This document shows, one piece after another, positions 43,567 through 54,665 of a stretch of DNA of 64,000 bases. The position numbers were made by a program, and so were the translations under genes. The notes beneath the pieces are model-generated. The model saw only the letters and a list, made by a program, of their open reading frames with translations, had not been told where the DNA came from and ran no database searches. Every line of letters begins with the position of its first letter. The first letter of the stretch is position 1. The DNA lies in NCBI GenBank assembly GCA_040285825.1, contig JAUPSS010000002.1, positions 2,852,001 to 2,916,000 of the forward strand, read 5' to 3'. This DNA is from Eukaryota sp. TZLM1-RC (lineage: Eukaryota; Protista; Metamonada: BaSk clade).

Positions 43567-44730
43567 CTTTCTGTTAAGCTTCATATGTGCACTGATTAAA
43601 TGATCCTCACAAAGCGCTGCCATCAAAGACAACTCCCCTGCCAGCACAGCACTTGCTGTCACCCCTGCCAACCTCTCGCTTCTTTCCTCACCTTCATACT
43701 CTCCCAGCACCAATCCTATACACTCCCTTTGTGCAGGCAACTCAGTCCCTCCACCTACAACACCAACCTCCATGACAGGCATGGTAACTGAGCAATAAAG
43801 ACTACCATCATCAAGCTCTTCAAACTGTGTTAGACATTGTGATGAAGAAACAACCTGAGCCAAATCCTGTCCACAAGCACCAAACATTGCAGCAACAACA
43901 TTGGCAGAATGGGCATTGAAGCCACCTAAAGAACCAGCTACAGCAGAGCCAACAAGGTTTTTGGCAACATTTAACTCTACAAGCTTTTTCACACTTGTTT
44001 TCAAAACACTGCTGACGACATCACCACTCACTGTACCTTCCACAACCACACTTTTGCCCCTTCCGAGTACCCAATTAACACCAGCTGGCTTCTTATCACA
44101 ACAAACATTACCACTGATGGAGAGGTATTGGGTGGAGGGGAACTGTGCACAAATCGCTTTAACTACTTCTGAACAAGCTTTTGTGACCATATTCATGCCC
44201 ATGGCATCACCTGTATGCATTTCAAGTCGTAAAAAGAGGTACCTCCCAGCCAAGAATGGTTGAATGGAAGATAGTCGGGCAAACCTTGAGCTGGAGGTGA
44301 CGGCATGTTTAATAACATCCATACCTTCACCCTGTACCCATGCAATGAGTTTGGATCCCTCTGTTATGGAAGGAACTCGGAAAACGGGAGCTCGGGTCAT
44401 ACCAGATCTGAGGACACGAGTTGTGGTGCCGTTAGATAGAGTGAGTGCCTTGCAACCTCTGTGGACGCTTGCTACAAGACATCCTTCAGTGGTAGCCAGG
44501 GGAATATGTGAGGGGATAGAATCAACAAGGAGAGGACCAGCTAGACCAAGTGGAATAGGAATGAAGCCAATGACGTTTTCACAACAGCGCCCAGAGACTT
44601 TGTCATAATCCAGTCCTTGGACAGGAATGTTGGAAAGATCAGAGTTGGGACAAGTATCGCCTAAACGTTGCCGACGAAGAAGAGTACGTTCCGTGGGATT
44701 TGATGTTAAAGAGTCGACATTTTTAAACAT
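43564..44730 (-). CDS. HMGCR: Class I HMG-CoA reductase, catalytic domain only (no membrane domain)
   Basis: CCENVIG, PLATTEGCLVAS, TGDAMGMNM, GNVCCDKKP, GGFNAH, GQDLAQ, VGGGT, GELSL, HMKLNR. First in-frame ATG at 44730; in-frame TGA near 44770. Confidence 0.93.
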   Translation of the reverse strand: MFKNVDSLTSNPTERTLLRRQRLGDTCPNSDLSNIPVQGLDYDKVSGRCCENVIGFIPIPLGLAGPLLVDSIPSHIPLATTEGCLVASVHRGCKALTLSNGTTTRVLRSGMTRAPVFRVPSITEGSKLIAWVQGEGMDVIKHAVTSSSRFARLSSIQPFLAGRYLFLRLEMHTGDAMGMNMVTKACSEVVKAICAQFPSTQYLSISGNVCCDKKPAGVNWVLGRGKSVVVEGTVSGDVVSSVLKTSVKKLVELNVAKNLVGSAVAGSLGGFNAHSANVVAAMFGACGQDLAQVVSSSQCLTQFEELDDGSLYCSVTMPVMEVGVVGGGTELPAQRECIGLVLGEYEGEERSERLAGVTASAVLAGELSLMAALCEDHLISAHMKLNRK

Positions 44731-44780
44731 CAGCAGTTTGTCAAGTGGCACTTTAACAGATGTGAAGAATCAATAAAACC

Positions 44781-45002
44781 CAGGGGTGACTAAAGTGATA
44801 AAGTACTTTAGACACTTTACTTTACTTTACTTTTTTTCAATAAAGTGATGACTTCTATGCACTTCTGACAATAGTCTAGGACAACTTCAAAAATGTTACT
44901 ACTTTATCTCACTTTGAGCAACTTTACTGCATAAAGTATAAAGTATAAAATTAACCTTAAAGTACTTTAATTCCATATTTTGCACCACTTTAGTCATCGC
45001 TG
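44781..45002. mobile_element. hAT-type MITE, 222 bp
   Basis: TIRs CAGGGGTGACTAAAGTG / CAGCGATGACTAAAGTG; perfect 8-bp TSD ATAAAACC (44773-44780 / 45003-45010); many TAAAGT/ACTTTA subterminal repeats. Confidence 0.9.
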
Positions 45003-45767
45003 ATAAAACCTAATCACTTATTTTCAATGCATTTTGGAAATTTTTTTGACCACCTCAGCCAACTGCCTTTTGTCTTTTATATGTCTTACATTGTGAACTT
45101 CTGCTCCATGGCGTTGACATTAAACACACCTTACTCAAGACGCAAAAGTTGGAGCTGTTTACACTCACTTGTCTGTAAAGGAAGCACAAACAGTTGTATC
45201 CCGTTTTTTGCTATTCACCAAACATCTGTAAGTAGATGGGTCGAAAGTTGTTAGCATCTTATCATTACAGTCATTAAAGTAATAGAAATTCAATCAATGT
45301 TGTTGATGAACCAATTTGATTACAATGGTAACTAGTAAGTGTGCAGTTGAGAGGCTTCGATATTCAACTTCTAAATTATAGGCAAGATTATTATTTAAAT
45401 ATTAAATTATTCAAAATTAGCAAACCTTTCATTTGAGACATCAGAAGGATCAACAGACATTACATCCACTAAAATGAAGGTTTCATCTAATCCAGGTAAT
45501 AGGCTTAATGATATTCTATTCAGAATATCATGCTGTTTCAAAAATATAAGTAGCACAATTTGTAAACAATTGACAATTTGAACAAATGTCACGAGTTCAT
45601 GGTTTGTCGTTGAAGCTACTGTTTTACCAATATGAAGTTTTCAACAAAAAGCTAGACAAAAGAAACGTAAAAAACTATGTTTAAATACAAAAAGACTAAA
45701 TCAGACTAAGACAAGCTAAAGCAATAAATAAGTTAGAAAAAAATACAAAAAGTGAGTAAAAGCAGGC

Positions 45768-46124
45768 TCACATATGATGTTCTCCAGTCCACACATAGAG
45801 AATAACATTCATAGCAGCCTTCTTTGACTTGATGCCAACCGAACATGATCTAACATAATCCACACACTCCTCGAACATATCAAGAGAGTAATGACGCCAT
45901 TTATAAACTCTGGACGCCAGCCCTGCAATCTTATCGAGTCTTGGATCGGGAGAAGAACGAAAGTAACCCCACATCTCATTCAAAGAATGTTGGAACACGG
46001 ATATCGGATATGGATAAGTGTCCTTAAACGACGAAAGTGAGCGGGAGTTCTTGAGAGTTGGACATCCCTCTGAAATGACTCTCTCTGACCGACATCTTGT
46101 TAGGCGGGCATCTGGTTGATACAT
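45768..46124 (-). CDS. Hypothetical protein (118 aa from MYQPD)
   Basis: ATG-initiated ORF with gene-like composition; no motif recognised. Confidence 0.45.
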   Translation of the reverse strand: MYQPDARLTRCRSERVISEGCPTLKNSRSLSSFKDTYPYPISVFQHSLNEMWGYFRSSPDPRLDKIAGLASRVYKWRHYSLDMFEECVDYVRSCSVGIKSKKAAMNVILYVWTGEHHM

Positions 46125-46168
46125 TGATGAAGGAGAATTGCCGAAAGTGGAACTATCATAATTTCTCG

Positions 46169-46310
46169 AGAATTTCACACAAAGTCAATATTGAATAAAT
46201 ATCCCTAATAATTGTGTAAACTTCTCAGCACCAAGGGTTAGTATACACTAAACACCTTGGAAATACGTTGATTAAAACAGCTACTGCTGTCTTCTTAGAC
46301 GTCTCACACG
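46169..46310 (-). ncRNA. Candidate omegaRNA region of the second Fanzor
   Basis: Homologous to 15576-15710. Hairpins ACAGC-AGTA-GCTGT, CCAAGG..TTAGT-GTAT-ACTAA..CCTTGG and GATATT-TATTC-AATATT; stem TGAGAA/TTCTCG. Confidence 0.6.
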
Positions 46311-48051
46311 CCTTGGCCTTCTGAATGGTTCTGGCCGTCATCATGATAGATCTTTCTATGAAAGACCTTACAGCAATTCACTTTTGCTGAGGTCATAAAC
46401 TCGTCCCCGACTTTGACGCTTTCAAAGTGTTTTTTGATTTGTTTGAGAAATCTCTTTCGGGGGGATTTCACAGATTGACGAGATGGACCACCACCACCAT
46501 TGCCGAACCAAACTATAGTGTTTCTTCCTTCAGACAAGCGTTTAATTTTGTTAATAAAACTAGTTATTCTCTTTTGCCTTCGTATGAAGAAATCAAACTT
46601 ATTTCTTCTCAACTTTTTTCTTGCACCACGCTGCAAATTTCCAGACATAATTGAAGCATATTCAGGCTCTTCCTCAGATTCAGAAACATAAGGTAAACTT
46701 ATTTCAATCAGATACTCTTGGAAGCTCTGAGCGGAATAAGTGTTAGGAGTTGCTTGAGTCAGAGGAGGAGGGTGATTTAGTCTTCGTTCTTTTGGATTCA
46801 GTAGCAGTCCAGAACGTTCAAAAACAGGTGCAGAATTTCGGAAAGAACCAGCAGTCCAACCACAAAGATTGCTGTGGTTGGGATTAATGGCTACAAAAAA
46901 CAAATTTTCATCAGGATCTCTGTAATTGGGCTGTTGTTCCACTGGTAACCGCGATCCTTTCTGTGGATTTGCTGTTCTATGGACATTGGATTTTCGTTTA
47001 CTTTCAGAGTTATGAATATCATAATTTCCAGAGGCTCGCCTGGGCTCAAATTCCGCTTTACTTGGCCTATTATAAGTTTTTCTTTCCTTTTGGCTAAACG
47101 TAAACCGCAAGGAATCACCATTTGAAAAAATGGTATAGTTAATAAATTTCGATTTATTAAAAAACCGATAAGGGTTGTTAGAAGGGTTGTTAGAAGGGAT
47201 GTTAGAAGCTCTTTGTTTGCATTTAGTTTTGTGAAATAAGCTTCTGCTTCTTTAGTCAAGCTGCAGAAGCATGGAGACCAACTGGACAGTGGAGAGAGAG
47301 TGCCTTTTCATCACATCAGGGCAGTTATCTTCTAAAAAGATAAAATGTTCAAGCCAGATTGAACGATTGTTGCCGCAGACTCCATATTGATGGGAAATCG
47401 TTCGTTTCTTATTGAATTTTCGAACAAATTTTCACCACCACCAATATAGGGGTTGGCTGTCATATTGAGCCAATGAACCAAGATATGCTGGTGTATTTCT
47501 TGTTACCATTGTAAAATTGACTCATCTGGCTGAATCCCTTGAAGTACACAGTCGGCGTACTTCTTGGGCCAGGTGCAATTTAGAAACTGAGCACAGCTCT
47601 TGAAAAAATTGCGTTTCCAGACAACAGGGCCGTCAGCAAGCAACTGACAAAAGGCTTCTCGCAGTTAGATGGCTCGACTGCCAAGAAGAGTGGAAAGACA
47701 CCAAAATCTACCACCGTCGGCTGAGGTGGTTTCATTCAGCGGTCCTTAGGGCCAAAAGTGCTGAACAAGGTGTTGCAGCGCTTGGTAAACCAAAGGATGG
47801 TTCTCAAATGGCCTTCTTTGTTTAGGCTCACTTTGGCAAACAAAGTCGAAACAGAGGCTCCAAAACTGGCTTTGAGTAAGCCACATAGAGTGTTCTCGGT
47901 ATTGGTGGACAAAGAGTCGTGCTAGGTGAATAGCATGAGTTCCAATACTAGCAAGAACCTGGAGCTGGCGTTCCATAACTTCTTGTGCCTCTGAGTCGAA
48001 GAACTGGTTGACAGACGCTCCCACAGTTGTAGTTTGTAGAACGTTATCCAT
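46281..48051 (-). pseudogene. Decayed Fanzor1 paralog
   Basis: Collinear similarity to 23680-25672 (QFWS.CFD.V, L.DGPV.WK.NFF, RRNKFDF.IRRQKR, WFGNGG, KVGDEFMTSAK). Has stops and frameshifts, RuvC-I D->N (VAINPN), and a deletion removing the CxxC/RuvC-III segment. Confidence 0.88.
47170..47208. repeat. 3x 12-bp tandem AAGGGTTGTTAG inside the Fanzor pseudogene
   Basis: AAGGGTTGTTAG AAGGGTTGTTAG AAGGGATGTTAG AAG. Confidence 0.8.
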
Positions 48052-48407
48052 GGCAGTCAACACAGAACGGAAACAGTCAGAAATGATTGAAAATTTGTTT
48101 CCTAAAATTGAAAATTTGTTGAAGTCAATCAATCTTATAGTTGTCAATTCAAAGTAAAGTTAGTTACCAGCGTTTATTAATGATACATATCGTTCAAGAT
48201 TACTTTCTGAATATTTTCCTTTCTTCAGACAAGAACTACATGTTACAAAAGTTGGTGAGTGGAGTTTGGTTTGGTTGTCATCATTCCCCAGATTCGTAAT
48301 TGAATTTCATTTCGTCGCTTACAACATTTCATCACTTACACTATTACGAACCTTCTCCCTACAAATAACACTATCGTCACGCCTTCTGACACCACAAATC
48401 TCAACTT

Positions 48408-48737
48408 ATGTCGGCCGACGGGTCGGTGATTTTCAAACACAAGTACTACTATAGATTAGGTCAGACTGGTAAAACCAAGGACGAGATAGAATCCTTGCTT
48501 TCAGCTTCTACCACACTTTATGTCGGAAATCTTTCTATTTACACATCAGAGGAGCAGATTCATGCTCTTTTCTCTCGTGCTGGTCGTATCAAACGTATCA
48601 TTATGGGACTCAACAAGAAATCACTCAAACCATGCGGTTTTTGCTTCGTTGAATACTATACCCGTGCATCGACTGAGATTGCCACGAGGTATTTTAACAG
48701 AACAATACTAAATGAAAGGGAAATCCTGATTGTTTGA
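48408..48737 (+). pseudogene. NCBP2: Nuclear cap-binding protein subunit 2 (CBP20), 3'-truncated
   Basis: [29 protein letters not shown]....[10 protein letters not shown]. Stops before the conserved D.D.GF..GRQ.GRG..GGQVRD, and no continuation was found downstream. Confidence 0.8.
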
Positions 48738-48920
48738 TTGAAAATCATCAAAGCTTGTTTGATGATTCTGACACAATGCAGCTTTAAGACTTTCACCTGT
48801 GTGGTAACCAGTCAAAATAATGAACAAATTTCAATTTTCTCACTTCTACTTCAATAAGTCACAATGATGTCATAACATCATCTCCATTCATACTGTAATA
48901 TGTCACAGACCACATGTTTA
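48730..48920 (-). mobile_element. hAT transposase remnant
   Basis: Minus-strand fragment HTGESLKAALC matches the hAT HT(G/A)xx(I/L) motif; frames are broken. Confidence 0.45.
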
Positions 48921-49372
48921 AGGTGTGAATATTTTTTTTAATATGTTTATTAAAAACCTATAAATCAACATCTAAAAAATACATCTCTTCCAAAACAAAA
49001 ACACTAGCTCCAACTTTTTCATAGTCAGATCCAAAAGAATGCAAAGCACCAGAATTGATGTGGCGAGCAGAAAGAGACATAACAAAAGGTTGGGCAATGG
49101 GATTATATCCACAATAGCATATTGTTTGGGAGAGTTTTGGGGGAAAACTGAAAGTGGGAATGTTTGGGGGAATTGTATCCAACATAAAAATCAACCACAG
49201 TCGGATTTTGCTAAACTTGTACTTTATAAAATTTTATCATGATACAACATCCTGAAGGCAATATTTCCTAGATTGGATCGGCCGACCTAGTGTTCATCAA
49301 TACTTTTGTTGGAATAACCAGTCCAGCAAAACTCATCTCCAGGAGGAAGCTGACGAAGACCGTACTCCTTCT

Positions 49373-49993
49373 CAATGTTTGGATTTTTTCCACCATGTGG
49401 CACCGCGTGTTCAGCATGGTGGTATATTTGAACCACATGGTGGTGTGTTTTTCAGCCTATGAAATGCTATTACTTTCTTACATGTCTGACTGATTGCTCT
49501 TTATGAGTGAACTTGTTTATTTCCATTAACACACCAAATACTAAACCAATAACTATTGAAACAAAATACGCATCGACTTTAACAGGATATAACGGATTAC
49601 AGGAACCATTAGTGAGTATTTCTCAATTGGGGAACGGTTTTACAGAAGCACGGCATTCGGCAAGGAAATGTTCAACCATCTTAGCAGGAAAATTGTTGAG
49701 CAGTCTGTGACAAAGGTCACATTTGAAATGAAGGTGTCCTCTTGATATTCAACCTCATCACAAGCATTATTGAGGGATACACATTTGAATACAGGGTGTT
49801 TTCTACCTGGCCATGACATTTAGAACAAAGAATTGAAAAAAGAATAAAGTAATTAATTGGAAATTCGAATAGATTCAAATAAATTTGTTGAAAAAAACGA
49901 ATTCGACCACCCAGAAAACCACCGTTGTAGCAGTAACCACCACGTGGTCCACAGTGTGGTAAAGTTGAACCACGCGGTGGAATCTGATCACTG
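49373..49993 (-). mobile_element. Internally deleted hAT element with a BED zinc-finger remnant, 621 bp
   Basis: Ends CAATGTTTGGATT / CAGTGATCAGATT; CCAC/GTGG subterminal repeats at both ends; 8-bp TSD CTCCT(T/A)CT (49365-49372 / 49994-50001); minus-strand GRKHPVF...FKCDLCHRLLNNFPAKMVEHFLAEC. Confidence 0.78.
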
Positions 49994-50493
49994 CTCCTAC
50001 TGTTTTGAGATTCAATTTAGTTCTTGAAGATTTGTAATTCCTCATAGTGTGTCAATCAGGTTTATTTTCATAAATACTTGGGAAATAAATTATCAAGTCT
50101 GTTAATCAATAGTGGTTGTTCAAAAACAACTAATGCCTTTCTGTCACTGTGATATTTACCTTGTGTGTTATGTATAGAAGTTGCAACTAAAATTTGTGTA
50201 GTTTCGTTGTTTAATACTATATACTTGTCTTCTTTGAACCAAACAATTATGCTATTGCGACGCTTTTCTGTTTCTCAATCCTATGTCTTCTGTCTCATTA
50301 ATTATTCCTTATCTTGGTTTTCGGGTTGAATCAGGTTAAATGGATAGTTTGGAAGAAATGAAATCAGTTTAACATTAAAATGAATCATCAAAATTTAATA
50401 TGATACATACAAACTATGATTGAATTTATGTCGGCCGACTCAAATCTAGATTTTGTTATTTTGGGTTTCTTTCCCTAAATTTGCAAATTACCA

Positions 50494-53400
50494 ATGTACC
50501 TCAAACAAATCGAGCTGGATGGATTTAAATCCTACAGCAAGAAGACTGTTATAAACGACTTTGATCCCCAATTCAATGCTATAACAGGGCTCAATGGAAC
50601 AGGTAAATCTAACATTCTTGATGCTATATGTTTCGTGCTCGGTCTTTCCAACCATGCTCATCTCCGTGTTGCAAACATAAAAGAACTCATTTACAAGAAT
50701 GGCCAAGCCGGAATCTCTAAAGCCCGTGTAACTCTCACCTTTGACAACAATGGTCCCAATCGTCCCTCCATGTACGTAGATCATGATACCATCACTGTTA
50801 CCCGCGAGGTCAACTCCAATGGTCGTAACAGACACTTCATCAATGGATCAAGCAAAACTTATAAGGACATCTGCAATCTGTTCGAAGAAGTCTCACTCAA
50901 CGTCAACAACCCCCACTTCCTCATCATGCAGGGAAGAATCACCAAGGTGATGAACATGAAACCCGAACAAGTGCTTGAGATGATTGGGGAGGCAGCAGGA
51001 ACTAGAATGTATGAAACCAGAAGGAAACAGACCCTAGCCACCCTAAACAAGAAAGAAGCCAAATTAAGAGAAATTGATGAACTGATGGAAACACGAATCC
51101 AACCCCATCTAAATAAACTTTCATCAACAAGAAAAGAATTGATTAGCCTCCAACAAGCGGAGCAGACCAAAAGTAGAACAGAAAGGACATTGGTAGCATT
51201 TGATTATTACCAAGCTGGTTTAGGAGAGGAGGGGATGAAAGGAGAGTTGGAGGTGATTGAAGGGAAATCACAAATGATTGAGGGTCAGTTGCAGTCAGCT
51301 TCACAATCAAAAGCGGAACTTGAAGGTCAGATTAAAGATTTAACTTCCAATATGGAAAATTCATCAATCAAGAAAGATTACGTAAAGGTTCAAAAAGAAT
51401 TGGCTAGGCTTGACCAAGAGATTGCTGTTACTAATACCAAAATAGAAGGTCATAAAGAACAGATTTTTGAACTATCTTCAGAAAACGAAAGACTCTGTAA
51501 TAATCTTCCTGAACTTCAAAGGTCGTTGGAAGTCAATGAAAACATGTCATCATCGGTCAAAAACAAGCTTTCGGCAATCAGTCAAGATCTTTCTCATTGG
51601 TCAACAGAGGTCAATAGACTGGAAGCTAACAAAAAATCAATGATAACCGGCATCTCTTCCAATGGTGGAATGACCTTAGATGAACAGCTAATGGAAGCCA
51701 AGGTTAAGGTCGGAAACTATCAAAATCAGCTCAAGAAAGCTCAAGAAAAACATACAAACATGTCAAAATTGCTGGAATCACAAAGAAAAATGATCTCTTC
51801 AAAAGATCAGGAAAAATTCGAGCAAATCCAAAACCACATCAGATCACGTGATGAAGAGATCAAACAAATGATTGATAGGTCAAAACAGCCAATAACAAGT
51901 TCTTCAGATTCATTTCCTAATATGGAAGCTTTAAACCTCAAACTTGACTCTCTGAACAGGGATTTGACTGCCAAGAAAGGAAACCTATCAAATCTTCAAT
52001 CAGAATATCAGAAACGTGCTAATCAAGTAAACAGTTTGTTATCTGTCCCCCAATCAAATAAGATTGATCAAAACGCAATCAAGGGACCTGTGATTAGATT
52101 ATTCAATCTAAAAGATCAATCATATTTGACTGCTATCGAGACTGCCAGTCAGAAACATTTCACTTCTATTGTGGTAGATTCAGACCAGACGGCTTCAACT
52201 TTGTTAAGTTCGAACCTCAAACACAGAACCATGTTCCTACCTTTAAACAAAGTAACTGGTCCTCAAGTTACTGAGGAAGACAGAAATTATATTTGTCAAG
52301 TCACAAATGGTAATGCCAAGTTTGCTATTGATGTTGTTAACTTTCCTGAATGGGCAAGTAACGTCATGGCTCACGTTTTCAAAAAGATTGTAATCTGTGA
52401 AGCTCAATATGCCAGAATTTTGACGTATGATTCACCTAAGAAGTATTTAACAATTACTTTTGATGGTGATATTTACGATCCTCAAGGAACTCTTTCAGGC
52501 GGATCTGCTGGAAAAAAAGGTTCCTTTCTCTCTCGATTTTTGGAGGTTCGTGACCTGGAAGGGCAAATCAGAAAGACCACAGGAGAAATCCAAACGATTT
52601 CTGAAGAAGTTCGTCGAGTTTCAATGCTTAAAGATGAAAGAGAAACACTTTTAAGGTTAATTACTTCCAAAACTGCAGAGCTCGATAGGTTCAAAAGTGG
52701 ATCAAAATCAGATCAATCTATGCAAAAAATTCAAAAATTCAATGAAATCAGTCAAAATATTACTCATCTTTCCAATCAAATTGAAGAATTCCAATGCCTC
52801 TACTCTCAAGAATCGTCTCGCCTTGGGCAACTGTCACATTCGCTCAGTCAGGCAGACGGCGGCGTTTCTGCAGAACTAGAACGACTGGAAAAACAAATTG
52901 TCAGTTCAAGTAGGAAATTGTCAGAGATTCAGGCTAGTTATTCGGAAGTTTCAATTGAAGTTCAGAGACTAGAATCAGAAAATAGAAGACTTTTGGCGGA
53001 ACTTGAAGACGTGAATGACTCTATTAGGAGCAATCATAAAAGAATTGCACTTTTGGAAGAGGAGATCAATCAGTTCATTAATCAAATTAGTGATTATCAA
53101 CAACTACACGTCGCTGCAACAGAAAAATTTGAAGCTTTGCAACGAAAAATTGGATCGAATGAAGTGGATTCACTGAGAACTGCTCTCAATCAGCTCAGGT
53201 CCAAAATATCGAGTCTCACTGACGAGAAGAGTACGCTACATGATCAACTGCGTCAATTGCATGAAAAATTGCAAAATGCTTCAGCTACTAGAATTTCATT
53301 AGCAAAGCAGTACGAATGGCTAAATAATGAAGATTTTGATAGTGATACTTGTGAATTTAATTTCAAAAACAACCCTAATATTAATTCTGAGATCCAACAA

Positions 53401-54039
53401 TCAAAAGCTCAATATAATGAATCAATCAAAGTGATTGATTCGATGAAAAAACAGGGAATCAACACTGTTGACGTTTCCACTTTTGATAAAACTGAAAAAG
53501 AGTTTCTGGAATTGTCTCAAAAAAGAACCCAGGTTAAAGCTGATGCTGACCGTATTCAAAGCGTCATTTCACAACTTGATGAAAAGAAAGTGGCTGTGAT
53601 TAATGAATCATGGACTAAAGTGAATGCAGATTTTGGAAAGATTTTTTCTCGAGTTTTACCCGGATCTCAAGCTAAATTAGTTCCTCATTATGCTGAAGAT
53701 GATCTTGTTGGACTTTCCTTCGCTGTGGGTTTTGGAGGTCATTGGAAGGAGTCTCTTGGAGAACTATCTGGTGGTCAAAAATCTCTGTTGGCTTTATCAA
53801 TGATTTTAGCATTGTTGAGGTTTAATTCTGCGCCTATTTATATTTTAGATGAAATTGATTCTGCTTTGGATTTATCACACACACAAAATATTGGAAAATT
53901 AATCAAGCAAGAATTTAAAGATTCTCAGTTTTTAATTGTTTCTCTTAAAGAAGGAATGTTTAGAAATGCAAATGTTATTTTTAATACTCGCTTCGTTGAC
54001 GGTACATCTCATGTTTTTAGGTCAACAGGACAAGAATGA
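50494..54039 (+). CDS. SMC2: Structural maintenance of chromosomes protein 2 (condensin)
   Basis: FNAITGLNGTGKSNILDAICFVLG; LNVNNPHFLIMQGRITKV; hinge GDIYDPQGTLSGG; LSGGQKSLLALS; YILDEIDSALDLSHTQNIG. Confidence 0.96.
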   Translation: MYLKQIELDGFKSYSKKTVINDFDPQFNAITGLNGTGKSNILDAICFVLGLSNHAHLRVANIKELIYKNGQAGISKARVTLTFDNNGPNRPSMYVDHDTITVTREVNSNGRNRHFINGSSKTYKDICNLFEEVSLNVNNPHFLIMQGRITKVMNMKPEQVLEMIGEAAGTRMYETRRKQTLATLNKKEAKLREIDELMETRIQPHLNKLSSTRKELISLQQAEQTKSRTERTLVAFDYYQAGLGEEGMKGELEVIEGKSQMIEGQLQSASQSKAELEGQIKDLTSNMENSSIKKDYVKVQKELARLDQEIAVTNTKIEGHKEQIFELSSENERLCNNLPELQRSLEVNENMSSSVKNKLSAISQDLSHWSTEVNRLEANKKSMITGISSNGGMTLDEQLMEAKVKVGNYQNQLKKAQEKHTNMSKLLESQRKMISSKDQEKFEQIQNHIRSRDEEIKQMIDRSKQPITSSSDSFPNMEALNLKLDSLNRDLTAKKGNLSNLQSEYQKRANQVNSLLSVPQSNKIDQNAIKGPVIRLFNLKDQSYLTAIETASQKHFTSIVVDSDQTASTLLSSNLKHRTMFLPLNKVTGPQVTEEDRNYICQVTNGNAKFAIDVVNFPEWASNVMAHVFKKIVICEAQYARILTYDSPKKYLTITFDGDIYDPQGTLSGGSAGKKGSFLSRFLEVRDLEGQIRKTTGEIQTISEEVRRVSMLKDERETLLRLITSKTAELDRFKSGSKSDQSMQKIQKFNEISQNITHLSNQIEEFQCLYSQESSRLGQLSHSLSQADGGVSAELERLEKQIVSSSRKLSEIQASYSEVSIEVQRLESENRRLLAELEDVNDSIRSNHKRIALLEEEINQFINQISDYQQLHVAATEKFEALQRKIGSNEVDSLRTALNQLRSKISSLTDEKSTLHDQLRQLHEKLQNASATRISLAKQYEWLNNEDFDSDTCEFNFKNNPNINSEIQQSKAQYNESIKVIDSMKKQGINTVDVSTFDKTEKEFLELSQKRTQVKADADRIQSVISQLDEKKVAVINESWTKVNADFGKIFSRVLPGSQAKLVPHYAEDDLVGLSFAVGFGGHWKESLGELSGGQKSLLALSMILALLRFNSAPIYILDEIDSALDLSHTQNIGKLIKQEFKDSQFLIVSLKEGMFRNANVIFNTRFVDGTSHVFRSTGQE

Positions 54040-54665
54040 TTTATTTATTATTTAATAAAAAAATTGTATTTTTACGCTTTTGAAATTCATTACTGTGATT
54101 TTTCTTAGACAATAAGTGTTGTAAGCTCTGTGTACAAAAAAACGTGTTACACACACTGAATCTCTCATGCACATGCTTGAACACGAGCCTTGTTTTGTGC
54201 ACTTTGGTTTTAAGTAAGCTGAGATGAAGATTCAATGTTTATTGCACAGTCACTGTTTCTATAAAAAGCAAAAACACACCAAGAGCTAATTTTCAACATC
54301 GGCTGCCATTTAGATATCCTCAATGTATTGGGTCAAGTTTGATGGAAAACTGTTTGTGGTGATGAAATTTCTAATTCGAGATTTGACTCATACAAAAACT
54401 CTGGAAGAAGAAGAAATGAGTGAGGTCTTGCAATATTTATCAAAACAACCAGTTTATTCAAAAAGAATCAAAGTTTATATAAAGAAAAATGCGTCTAAGG
54501 AAGATAACTAAATGATTCAGTGCATCCTTGAAGCTTGAAATGTTCAATATAATTCTTTAAATTGACATAATACTTGATGCAAGCACAGACAGATCAACAT
54601 CTGGTTAATTTCAATGCATTATGTTCAAGGAATCAAGCACATGAAGTAAAATAGTCATTGTGAAA

